Part shown: piece after piece, positions 34,622-44,759 of the stretch
Numbering within the stretch: position 1 is the stretch's first letter
Layout of the letters: every line of letters begins with the position of its first letter
Origin: an uncultured Acidobacteriota bacterium
GTDB taxonomy: Bacteria > Acidobacteriota > Vicinamibacteria > Vicinamibacterales > 2-12-FULL-66-21
Direction: 5' to 3'
Assembly: GCA_963774855.1 (NCBI GenBank)
Contig: CAVZGT010000005.1
Coordinates: 298,714-362,713 of the forward strand
DNA length: 64,000 nt
Notes under the pieces: model-generated
Told to the model about the DNA's origin: nothing
Seen by the model: the letters and a program-made list of their open reading frames with translations, nothing else
Databases searched by the model: none
Made by a program: the position numbers and the translations under genes

Positions 34622-34949
34622 TTTGATCCCCTCCTGCGGTTGTCCCGCCCGAACAGCGGTCGCACGCCGCCTTCGCCGCAAAACGGACTGCGCCGACAAT
34701 ACGCGCGGCGTCACGCACGAATCCGATTCGCGACTGACGATTTTGACGGACCTCGACCACGGAACGCGCCGAAATCCGCACCGATCGCGTTGCGATGGAA
34801 ATAACAGCAAAAAGCCTTCCGGCCCGGGCCCGGGACGTCATGTTGGGCCGTCTGGAGGAGTGCCCGGCTCAGCTGGGATACCGACCCGCGGTCAGCGCAA
34901 ACCCGCGCGGCCGAGAAGAGGTGATTACAAAATGCCCGTGGATTTCATT

Positions 34950-36634
34950 TCATCGCGCTTTCGCGACGGGCAAAGTGATCCTGGCTGTCTCACCCGCGAC
35001 AAGCGTGACCGGCGCCGCGAGCGGACGAAGTGCGTCGAACACGCCCGCCTCCGCCGGATCGCTGAGGCCAACGTCGTGGATTGCCGCTATCAGGTACTGT
35101 CCTGGAGGCAGTCGTGTCATCCGCGTCCTGGCAGGCCGGAGTGTTTCTCCGGCAGACAGGGGTAAAGCGTTCGTTCTGTCGTACCTGATGAACCGATGTT
35201 GCCACCGCTTCGGATCCTCCGGGAAGAGGATCACCATGACGGGTTCTGGCTCGCCCCTTTCGCTCGCACTCGTAACGTTCACGTCGACATGCGCCACCCG
35301 TTTCGTGAGCTCGACGACGACGTCGTCGAAGCGTTCCGTTCCGCCAAACATCAGCGTCTTCCCGGCGAGCTCCTCCCCGCGACGGCGAATCGATAGAAGG
35401 ACTCCGGCACCTTCCGCGAAAAGCACCATCGGTCCTCGAAAACCGGCCAAGTCGAAGCGGCCGTTTTCCTGCACCCGAGCCGACGGCACCAGCGGATAGT
35501 ACGGGCCGAGCGTCCCCGGCGGCGGAGTACAGGAGATCCAGAAATCTGCGGATCCTCCGGTGGCCGCAGGCCGGCCATCGACGACGACGCGGCCTGACAC
35601 CTTCGCGCCGGTGTTTGTCTGAACGCGCAGCGACACGTCCGCGTCGCCGATCGAGACGTTGACATAGGCTGCTTCCTTCATCCGCTCGCCCGGCGTCACC
35701 ACGACGTAGTAGTCACCAGGTTGAATGCCATCGAACCGGAAGGCTCCGTCTTCCCGGTGGCTCATCTCACTTGCGGATGAGCGCAAATAGACGTCGTCGC
35801 GCCTGGTGAGGGACATGTAGCGTGTCCCGGCCAAGCGGGACGCCGCGTGAATTGACGGCGGTGATCGAGAGTCGTGCCAACCGGCAACGCGCGAGCGTGA
35901 AGTTCACGCCCTCGCTGTCCCGGCCGGCGCGCACGACAACTGCTCGCGCGCCGCGAAGCGCCGGCGAACCAGGATAGTACGTGTTGGCATACCCGGCTTG
36001 CGGGACAGGGTCGCCGCGGTGTCGCGGGCGGCTGTAGGTCGCCAGGACGTAGGTACTCGCCGGCAGGCAAGTTGAAGAGACGGAATTCGCCCAGATCGTT
36101 GGTCGTTGCCGAAACTCCGGATGCAGCGAGGGTTGTGTAGCTGCCAAACGCCACCCGACGCACCGCGTGCACCTCCGCGGCGAGCATCCCGTCGCCGTTC
36201 TCGTCTTGAATGCGGCCCTCGATGGCACCCGATCGCTCCAGCCGAACCGTGACGTCCAACGTTCGCCTTGCGGCGACCGTCGCCTCCTTGCTTCGTTGAA
36301 GCGGCACGAACCCGCTCTTGGGGCTCACGGCGAGGTTGTACGAACCAGCCGGAAGATCCGCGAAATCGAAGCGGCCGTTGACATCTGTGTCGATTTGCCG
36401 CGAGACATGGACATACGGACGGTTCGGACCTTCCGTCCGCTGTGAATCCAGGCTGACCTTCACGAGCCTGACCGGCGTGCCGGTGTCGGCGGCGACCACG
36501 CGACCGGTGACCCGTGCCGAGCCGGACGGCTGTGGCTGGCCACCTGAGGGTTGTCGCCGCGCGGCCGCCGGATTTGTGATCGCGACCGCGCTCAACGCCG
36601 CAATGGACAGCAGGTAGCCGACTCGTCGGAGCAT
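34950..36634 (-). pseudogene. carboxypeptidase-regulatory-like (CarboxypepD_reg) repeat protein, two frame breaks (~36052, ~35831)
   Basis: Three ORF pieces join as follows. ..RVTGRVVAADTGTPVRLVKVSL..VNGRFDFADLPAGSYNL..FRLFNLPAGEY | YVLATYSRP..GYANTYYPGSPALRGARAVVVRAGRDSEGVNFTL..NSRGVPL | AGTRYMSLTRRDDVYL..FRFDGIQPGDYYVVV..KVSGRVVVDG.. Signal peptide MLRRVGYLLSIAALSAVAI. Confidence 0.7.
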
Positions 36635-36754
36635 TCATCCTCCAAGAGGGCGGTTGATCGAAAGAACTGACGGACTGCGATTTAGACGCGGCGTCCACAC
36701 AATTGGCTCGGCTCCCTGCTGCAATCGGGCCGCAACCTGTAACGGTCCAGTTCG

Positions 36755-37393
36755 ATGGACAATGGGCCACGTGGGCCAGGCGCTCACGCTATGAGAGTTG
36801 AAATCAGCGCGGGGTCGATCGATGAAGATGAGATCAATGCCTACGCGCGTATTCCGATCCGTTTCGAGGTGACCGAGGTTTTCGATGTCGTGACACCCGG
36901 GCACGACGCCCCTCGGTTCGAACTGTCCCTGCGTAAGCTCGGCGCCTCCTACCTGAAGGACTACGACGCGGTCGGCGAAGAGAACCCGGCCAGCTGGGCA
37001 ACGCGTTTCGATGTGTCGAAGTGGGGGCTCTTTACGGCCCGCGACGACGGTCAGCGCGTGGGCGGTGCGGTCGTTGCCTACGACACGCCTATGGTGGACA
37101 TGCTCGAGGGGCAATCCGACCTGGCGGTGCTGTGGGACATCCGGGTGGCGCCTTCAGCGCGCCGTCGAGGAGTGGGGTCGGCGCTCTTTGCCGCCGCGGA
37201 AGCCTGGGCGTCCGCTCGACAGTGCCAGCAGCTCAAGGTTGAAACCCAGAACATCAACGTGGCGGCCTGCAGGCTTTACTCGCGCCACGGGTGCGTCCTC
37301 AGAGCCGCTCGCCCGGGCGCTTACCCGGAATTCCCCGACGAAGTCCAGCTGCTGTGGTACAAGGATCTCGCTCGTCAACCAACGACCGGCTAA
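36755..37393 (+). CDS. GNAT family N-acetyltransferase
   Basis: 212 aa. AcCoA-binding motif IRVAPSARRRGVGSALFAAAEAWA. QNINVAACRLYSRHGC. An alternative start is ATG 36791. Confidence 0.8.
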   Translation: MDNGPRGPGAHAMRVEISAGSIDEDEINAYARIPIRFEVTEVFDVVTPGHDAPRFELSLRKLGASYLKDYDAVGEENPASWATRFDVSKWGLFTARDDGQRVGGAVVAYDTPMVDMLEGQSDLAVLWDIRVAPSARRRGVGSALFAAAEAWASARQCQQLKVETQNINVAACRLYSRHGCVLRAARPGAYPEFPDEVQLLWYKDLARQPTTG

Positions 37394-37399
37394 GCCGTC

Positions 37400-39871
37400 T
37401 TGACCGCCGAAAAACGGAGAGCTCGTCTCGACGCATTCGTGCAGGATGTCCGGTACGCCTTGCGGACGCTGCACAGTACCCCAGCTTCGCCCTCGCGGCG
37501 ATCATCACCCTCGGGTTGGGCATTGGCGTCAACACCGCTGTTTTCAGCGTGGTGAACGCCATCGTCCTGCGGCCCCTGCCTGTCAGGGACGGGGACCGTC
37601 TCGTCGTGATCGCGAGCCGGCAAACCTCCAGCCGGACCCTCCGCGGTGTTTCGTTCACCGATCTCCAGGATTACCGCCCGGCCACGATCGACGTGTTCGA
37701 GGACATCGCTGGTTACAGTGTCGGGTTCCTCGGCCTTGCCTCGCCCGGTGGCAAACCGGCACGCGTCCTCGCGACGTGGGTGACGGGCCACTACTTCCCG
37801 TTGCTCGACGTTCGGCCGGCTCTTGGACGGATGATCCGGGCCGACGAGGGGGCGCCCGGCCGAGTCGACGCGGTCGTAGTCCTTGGATACTCGACCTGGC
37901 AGCGCAGGTTCGCGGGCGATCCATCGGTGATCGGCCGAACCGTCATGGTGAACGGCCGCCCCTGCACGATCGTCGGCGTGGCACCTCCCGATTTCTCCGG
38001 GACGTTCGCGTTCTCTGAATCGGAGTTGTATTTGCCTTTGAACTGGCGCAGCGGCGCCGGTTTCGACGACCGGCAGGCTCGCGGCCTGCATGCCATCGCG
38101 AGGCTGCGGCCAGGTGTCACCATCGACAAGGCCCAGGCGGTGATGAACGTCCTCGCTCAGCGCCTCTCGCGACAGTACCCGGACTCGAACGCAAACCTGG
38201 GAATCAGGGTCCTGCCGGAACGCCTGGCTCGTCCCGAAGAAGATCAGTTTCGAACCAATGCGCTCGGCGCTGCGGTCATGATCACGATGGTCATCCTCGT
38301 CATGATCGTGGCCGCGGTGAATGTGACGAACCTGTTGCTGGCACGAGCAGCAAGCCGGCGCCGCGAGCTCGCGATCCGCTCCGCGCTCGGCGCCGGACGC
38401 GGCCGCCTCGTTCGACAGATGGTGACCGAGAGTCTGGTGCTCGCCATGCTTGGCGGAGGCGCCGGTGTCCTTCTGGGAACATGGGCGGTGCGTGCGCTCG
38501 CGGCGGTGCGCCTGCCGGGTGACCTCCCGGTGCGATTCGACTTCCGATTGGATGGCCGCGTTCTGGCGTACTCCGTGACTGTAGCGGTGATCACGGGGCT
38601 GCTCGTCGGCCTCGCCTCGGCGGTTCGCGTGTCGAGGGCAAATCCAGACGGCATGCTTCGCGGATCGCGGCAGGGCCCATCGGGCACGCATCGTCACGCC
38701 GTCCGCGGCTTCCTCGTGGTGGCCCAGATCTGCTTGTTGCTTCGTGCTTCTCTCGATGGCTGGATTGTTCGTGCGGAGCCTTGCCGAAGCCGAGCGCACG
38801 GACCTGGGCTTCCAACCGGAGGGAGTGCTCAACGTCCACATGGATGTCGGGCAACTTGACTACTCGGACACGCAAGGGCGGGCTTTTTTCGACGACGTCG
38901 AACGCCGGACACGGTCCATTCCAGGCGTCCACAACGTGAGCTTCGCGTTTACGATCCCGATGGGCTACATCCGGGTGAGCACCGCCGTCGAGGCCGAGGG
39001 CCAGCCGGGCGACCGCGACAGCCGCGTGTCCGCGGGACAGAACATCGTCAGTGCCGGATACTTCCAGACCATGGGGATTCAGATCGTTCGCGGGCGGAGC
39101 TTCGAGGACGCCGATGACGAGCAGTCGCGCCGGGTGGCGGTCGTCAACCAGCGCTTCGCGGACGTGCTGTGGCCCGGTCAGGACCCGATCGGCCGGCGCT
39201 TCAAATCGCCCGGGGCGGACGGGTACTTGATCGAAGTGGTGGGGGTTGCGAAGACCGGCAAGTATCAATTCCTCTTCGAAGATCCGCAGCCCTACTTCTT
39301 CGTCCCCATTGCACAGGAGTACACGGGACTTCGGGTGCTCCAGGTACGAGCGTCGATACCGGCCGACGCGCTCGCGCCGGCTATCGAACGAGCGATTAGA
39401 GACCTCGAGCCTGACTTGCCGCTGTACAACGTACAGACCATGACGCAGGCGCTCGGGAGCGGCCTCGGCTTCTTCCCCGTGCGCGTGGGTGCGATCGCCG
39501 TCGCGGCGTTTGGCGTGCTTGCGTTCGCGCTGGCGATCGTTGGCCTGTACGGTGTCACTTCGTACCTTGCCGGTCAGCGCACGCACGAAATCGGCGTGCG
39601 TCTCGCCGTCGGCGCCACGCCTCGGCACATTGTCCGGCTCGTCCTCGGGGATGGGTCGAAACTCGTGATGCTCGGTGTCGCTGCAGGAATGGTCATGACG
39701 TTGGTGTGTTCCCGAGTCGTTGGCCGGTTCCTGTTCGGCGTGTCGGCATACGACCCTCTCACCCTCGTGAGCGTGGTGCCGGTGCTCGGCGGTGTGGGCC
39801 TGATCGCGTGCGCCATTCCCGCCTGGCGCGCGGCCCGCGCGGACCCGACGATCGCCCTCCGTTCCGAGTGA
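37400..39871 (+). pseudogene. ADOP-type MacB/FtsX-family permease, two frame breaks (~37480, ~38742)
   Basis: TTG 37400 gives (M)TAEKRRARLDAFVQDVRYALRTL. A break follows at the C4 run 37479-37482. Then PSFALAAIITLGLGIGVNTAVFSVVNAIVLRPLPV.. (ORF 37291..38859) runs up to GFLVVAQICLLL. A second break follows, then VLLSMAGLFVRSLAEAERTDLGF .. THEIGVRLAVGAT .. ADPTIALRSE (ORF 38744..39871). Confidence 0.8.
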
Positions 39872-39910
39872 AGTCCGGCAGGCGGGCGTTCCGGGCGTGC
39901 CGCGTAACGT

Positions 39911-40516
39911 TCACTGCAACCCGGCGAGATACTCGGCGACCGCTCTGATCTCCTCGTCGGTGAGACGCCCGGCCACGGCGCGCATGACGCGCGCCCGGTC
40001 GTTGCTGCGCGCGCCGCTCTTGAAGTCTGCGAGCTGCTGCACGATGTAGGTTTGCGGCTGGCCTGACAGGCGCGGATAGCGCTGGTAGCCCGCCCCGTTG
40101 GGCAAGTGACAGCCGACACATCCCGGCACACCGGTGGCGCGGTTGCCTTCCTCGTACAGCACCTTGCCCCGGGCCGCCAGCTCCGGATTCTCGACCGCGC
40201 CCCGCGCCGGCGCCTGGCTGGCGAAATGCGCTGCCATGCCGGGAATCTGCTGCTTCTTCAACGCCCCGAGCAACGGGGCCATGACGGCGCTCTTGCGCTT
40301 GCCGGTCTTGTACTCGCGCAGCTGCTTGTCCAGGTACGCGGCGTGCTGCCCGTCCAGCTTGGGGAAGGCCGGTGCCCCCGGCGCCGCGGCCGTGCCGCCG
40401 CCATGACACGGGACGCACGCGGAGACGGTGATCGCCCCCGCTTCCTGCGCCCAGACCGGGGTCGCGGTCCCGAGCAGGCAGATGCCCATCACCACGAACG
40501 TCGACAATCTCCGCAC
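39911..40516 (-). CDS. dihaem c-type cytochrome (cytochrome c4-like)
   Basis: GTG 40516 behind GGAGG gives (M)RRLSTFVVMGICLLGTATPVWAQ. Two CxxCH motifs (CVPCH, CVGCH), each followed by a Met-containing segment. The two halves are homologous (FPKLDGQHAAYLDKQLREYKTGKR / YPRLSGQPQTYIVQQLADFKSGAR). Confidence 0.85.
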   Translation of the reverse strand: MRRLSTFVVMGICLLGTATPVWAQEAGAITVSACVPCHGGGTAAAPGAPAFPKLDGQHAAYLDKQLREYKTGKRKSAVMAPLLGALKKQQIPGMAAHFASQAPARGAVENPELAARGKVLYEEGNRATGVPGCVGCHLPNGAGYQRYPRLSGQPQTYIVQQLADFKSGARSNDRARVMRAVAGRLTDEEIRAVAEYLAGLQ

Positions 40517-40544
40517 GGTGATGCCTCCAAGGAACTGACGCTGA

Positions 40545-40661
40545 CAACTCCCAAAAAACCAACACCCAACTCCCAAAGTGTCTGGGGGTGAATCGCGGCG
40601 GATTGCACCCGGCAGTACGAGGCATGCGCCTTGGGAGTTGGTAGTTGGACGTTGGGAATTG
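40545..40661. repeat. CAACTCCCAA-type long imperfect hairpin element, copy 1
   Basis: Left arm CAACTCCCAAAAAACCAACACCCAACTCCCAAAG. A ~51-nt centre. Right arm CTTGGGAGTTGGTAGTTGGACGTTGGGAATTG. It sits between the MtrB/PioB-like stop and the cytochrome c4 start. Its left arm is near-identical to 56773-56806. Confidence 0.8.
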
Positions 40662-40778
40662 CACGGCCGAGTTCCTTTCAGTTCGGTGCTGCCGCGGCGG
40701 ACGCTCGGCCCCTAGTAAACAATGCCACCTGCCGAAGCGGAGCCTCGAGAGTCTCGGCGGCGCAGCCTCGCTAGATTG

Positions 40779-43518
40779 TCACAGCTCGTACCGGAACAAC
40801 GCCCCGAACAGGTGCACCTTGTAATCCCGCGGACCGAAGTCGAGATACGCCCCGTTGTTGGCCGGCATCGGATTCACGCTGACACCGTCGTAGTGCCAGT
40901 CGCGGATCTTGGCGTCCTCGAACCGGTAGAGCACGCGCAGGGACAGCCGCTTGTAGAGCGGCACCAGGGCGTTGGCTTCGAGGAGATTCTGGACGAAGAC
41001 GAGATCCTCCCACCCGTCGCCGGCGAGCGTGACCTGCACGGCATTCATTCCCAGCGCCGCGGGGTTGTACCCGTACCTGATTCTCGTACGGCCACTCGAA
41101 TAGGTGTATCCGACGTCCGTCAGGACCTTGCCCACCTCGTAGTGAAAGCCCAGGCCCGTGACGTGGTTGTGATCCTCTTGAGAAACGTCCCAGGCCCGGC
41201 TGATTGGAAAGAGCGGACTGACCGCCGAGGCCGCCCCGCAAACCGATCTGAAGTTCGCCGCCAGCACCTGCTGGGTCGCGACGACCACCGCCCCGGGCGG
41301 TGGAACTCCGGTCGCGTTCGTCTGAACCGAGCCGTCGCTCAAGAAGTAGTAGAAGTTCCCGATCACGCAGGCATTCGGCTGGATGCCGGCCTGATGTTGT
41401 GCGCCCTCCTGAAACGAGTAGAACCCGTACGCGCTCGTGGTCGGTGATGGCTGCCAGTTGAGCTCCACCGACGGGGACGTCTGCCTGTGATGGTCGTTGC
41501 GTCCGTACTCCGACGCTGGATACTCCACGTCTCTCACCTGCAGGCCGACGCTGGCGTCCAGCGCCGGGCCGATGCCGTAGTTGTACCGGGCATTGAAGAC
41601 GTTCTGGTTCCGGTCGGCCACGTCGAATCTGCGGAATTGCTCGACGTTGCGCAGCCACGTGGCGATGTTCGTCGTGTTAGCGGTCGGCACCGGTCCGAGC
41701 GAGATGCTGTAGAACTCGGCCAGATTGGCGGACAGGAAGTCGCTCCCGCGACGACGGCCGTACTCGTACGAAAGCCGGAGGGTGCCCGTCTCGGAATCGC
41801 GGTTGACGTAGCCGAGCCGAATCTTGTCTTCCCACGTCTCGTCGCGTTCGCGGTGCCGGCGGCGGAAATTCTCGCGCTCGTAGGCCGCTTCCAGGCTGTT
41901 GGTCCGGTTGACGCGGTAGTCGGCCGAGACGACCGAGCTCAGTTGGCGATACTCGTAGGGCACGCTGCGGATGGGAACGTCCCCCAGGCTCGGCGCCAGC
42001 CCGAGGGCCTGGGTCGCGGCGTAGTCACAGCGGGTGCCGTTGTAGCCGGTGTTCAGCGTGCCCACCGGGTTGTTGCCGACGGTCAGGTTCGGCGTCACGA
42101 AGGACCCTCCCGAGCCGTTGTTCAGCAGACGTCCCCACTGACCCGTCAGCGGATTGCACGCCAGATACTGCGTACTGTTGTCGGTGTCGAAGTAGCGGAC
42201 CTTGCCCTTCACGGCCAGCGCTCGCGCCGGGATTCAGGATGATGCCGACGTCGACGAGCGTCGTGTCGATGCGCGCATCGGCCGACAGCCTGCTCAGCGA
42301 GGCGGTCGTGTTCCACACATTGGCCGTCGAGACCCCGTTGATGGTGCCGCCCGTCAACGGCTCGATCGCGGACGGAATCAGGTTGTCGTTCTGCTGCGAA
42401 CGGGCGAACGACACGACGCCGGTTATCCGGCTCTTGAGAAACTTCGGGAGCTTCCTGGCGAACTCCCCCTTCACGTTGTAGTAGTCGTTGCTCGGGTACA
42501 GGTCGAACTGCCCTTGCGTAAAGGTCGTCGCCGGCACGCCCGCGATGGTGTTCGTCGTGATGAACAACGGGTTCTGGAACATCATCGTGTCGATGTCGTT
42601 CTCGAAGAACGACGCCGCGGCCTGCAGGCTGAGGTTCGTCACCGCGTTGGCGAACTGAAGCCCTGCCAGCACGTCCTGCGTGTTGTAGTCGATCGATTCC
42701 GGGATCTCGACGTTGCCGCCACCGCCGCCGCCGCCAAAGACGGCGCCGAAGGGCCGGCTGCCTTCTCGACGCTCGCGGGTATAGCTCGCGAAGGCTTTCC
42801 AGTTCGCAGGCAACGTGAGGTCGAACCGTGCGCGGCCCTTCTTCGCGGGTCAGCTCGACGTCGCCGTCCGTCGCGTTCGAGATGGCCAGGAGCATGTTCG
42901 CCTGGGTCGTATTCGCATCGGTCGTGCCTCCCGGGCGAAGTCCTCTCAACGTGAGCACGTCGCTGCCCGCCCCGTCCCACAGCGACCTGTAGGTCGTCGT
43001 GAACACATGGGGTGTTTCGCTGAAAGAGCCGCGCACCCTCCACGTGTTGTATCGGCCTACGTCCACGCCGTAGTACTGGTCGTCCTGGGCCACGCCACCG
43101 CCGACCGCGTCGAAGTGAAAGGCGCTTTGCGGTTTCTCGAACATCACGGTGAAGTTGTTCAGGTACGCGCCGCTGTCGAGGTCCTTGTATTCGCGGAACT
43201 TGGCGCTTCCCTGTCGCCGTTCAGGCCGATGGCGCCGAACTCGACCGTCGCCCGGTAGAGCAGGCCGCTCGCCGTCTTCGAGGGCTCCTTCACGAGCGGC
43301 GCGGGGACCGTGAGCAGTCCCGTGGGGCTGCGCGAATTCTCGGCGATGCCCAACCCCTCAGGGTCCCGTTCGACGATCGAGCTGATGGCGCGCGGATTCA
43401 AGGCGTTGCCGGGCGTGGCCTCCTGCCCGTCGCCAGGACCGGCATGCGCGAGGGAGGCCGTCAACCGCAGCACCCCGATACCGAGGGTGATGACTGAGGC
43501 ATACGAACGGATCTTCAT
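40779..43518 (-). pseudogene. MtrB/PioB-like decahaem-associated outer-membrane beta-barrel protein, three frame breaks (~43213, ~42848, ~42229)
   Basis: Four ORF pieces join into about 913 aa. Signal MKIRSYASVITLGIGVLRLTASLAHA. ..EFGAIGLNGD | GSAKFREYKDLDSGAYLNNFTVMFEKPQSAFHFDAVGG..GDVELT | AKKGRARFDLTLPANWKAFASYTRERREG..TLVDVGIILNP | ARALAVKGKVRYFDTDNSTQY .. HLFGALFRYEL. The composition is Y/G/N/D-rich and beta-strand-like. It starts 40 nt after a decahaem cytochrome gene. The family assignment rests on synteny and composition, not on a search. Confidence 0.65.
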
Positions 43519-43558
43519 CAAGGTCTCCCGCAGAGTTGTCCCGCGGCGCGGGTGTGGA

Positions 43559-44533
43559 TCAGCGCTGGAAGCGTGCCCCAGCCGGATGATTGCTGCCATG
43601 GATCTGCGAGTGGCAGTTCTGGCAGGTGCGCCCGATCACGCGTGGACTCTGTCCTCCACCCGACAGCGCCCCGGCAGCCGACTGCCCATCTCGATAGAAC
43701 GTGCCGTTATGGCCTATCGACAGGTTGTGGCATTGCTGACAAAGGTAGGGACGCGCCCCCACGAGCAACTTGTCATGGTTGGAACCATGAGGCTGATGAC
43801 AGTTGAGGCAACTCTCGCGGACAGGCGCGTGTTCCCAGAGGAACGGCCCCCGCTTTTCGGCGTGGCAGGTGTAGCAGACGTCGTTGACGGAATCCGCGTT
43901 CAGGAGGGAACGGGCCGACGAGCCATGCGGGTTGTGGCAGTCGACGCAGGACACCTTGCCTTCGGGCAGCGGCATGTGCGAGCGCCTGCGGAACTCGGCG
44001 CGTTGCTGCTGGTGGCACTGGAAGCAGGTCTCAGAGACGCTTTGCCGGGCCAATAGGCTGTTGGCCGACAGCTTCTGCATGGGATTGTGGCAATCGGCGC
44101 AGCCGAGATTGCTCTTCGCGTGCGTCGATCCCGGCCAGTGCAGGCGATTGCCACCCTCGTGGCAGGTCAGGCACTGGGCATTCTGCACGTCCACAGGCGT
44201 ACCCCAACGCCTGGTGAACCCGATCAGCGCGGTCTTGTCGAGGGCGTTCTTGGCGTGATCCGAGCCCGGTCCATGGCAGGCTTCGCACCCCTGCCGCTGC
44301 CGGTCGTCCTTGGGATTCAGGCGGAAGACCTTGGCGTGCAAGGTCTCTCCGAAATGCTTGTTCTCCTGGCCGTGGCATTCGATGCACCGCGCCTCGCCGA
44401 TGTATTCGGCTGGTTTCGCGGCAGGCTTCACGGGCGTGGCCTGCCCCCAGCACATCATCAGCACCGCGATGCCTATCCCGATCGTTCGCGTTCGCCACAC
44501 TCGGGGCGTAAGCTCGATCGACCGCATCCGCAT
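43559..44533 (-). CDS. periplasmic decahaem c-type cytochrome, MtrA/DmsE/PioA/MtoA-like
   Basis: 324 aa with signal/TM TIGIGIAVLMMCWGQA. Exactly ten CxxCH motifs: CIECH, CEACH, CLTCH, CADCH, CFQCH, CVDCH, CYTCH, CLNCH, CQQCH, CQNCH. Size and haem count match the MtrA family. Confidence 0.9.
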   Translation of the reverse strand: MRMRSIELTPRVWRTRTIGIGIAVLMMCWGQATPVKPAAKPAEYIGEARCIECHGQENKHFGETLHAKVFRLNPKDDRQRQGCEACHGPGSDHAKNALDKTALIGFTRRWGTPVDVQNAQCLTCHEGGNRLHWPGSTHAKSNLGCADCHNPMQKLSANSLLARQSVSETCFQCHQQQRAEFRRRSHMPLPEGKVSCVDCHNPHGSSARSLLNADSVNDVCYTCHAEKRGPFLWEHAPVRESCLNCHQPHGSNHDKLLVGARPYLCQQCHNLSIGHNGTFYRDGQSAAGALSGGGQSPRVIGRTCQNCHSQIHGSNHPAGARFQR

Positions 44534-44686
44534 CCGCGCTCTCTTCCTCTACCCCCTACCCCTCTTTTTCTACCCCCTTCTTGATCTCGACCAATCGTCG
44601 CGGTGACCGTTCGTTGTTTCGGGCACTTAGTTCCCGGACACGCAGAGAGAGTCAACGCATGTGGTTCGTACGATCGACCGTCGACA

Positions 44687-44715
44687 ATGTAGGCAGTTTG
44701 ATCGAGAGTGTCAAG
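44687..44715 (-). promoter_or_regulatory. sigma70-like promoter of the decahaem cytochrome operon
   Basis: Minus strand TTGACA (44715-44710), 17 nt, TACATT (44692-44687), in a lower-GC spacer. This predicts a ~145-nt leader. Confidence 0.5.
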
Positions 44716-44759
44716 ATAGATCGAGCGTGCGCGGACAAGAAAAATCCGAACGGATCAAC

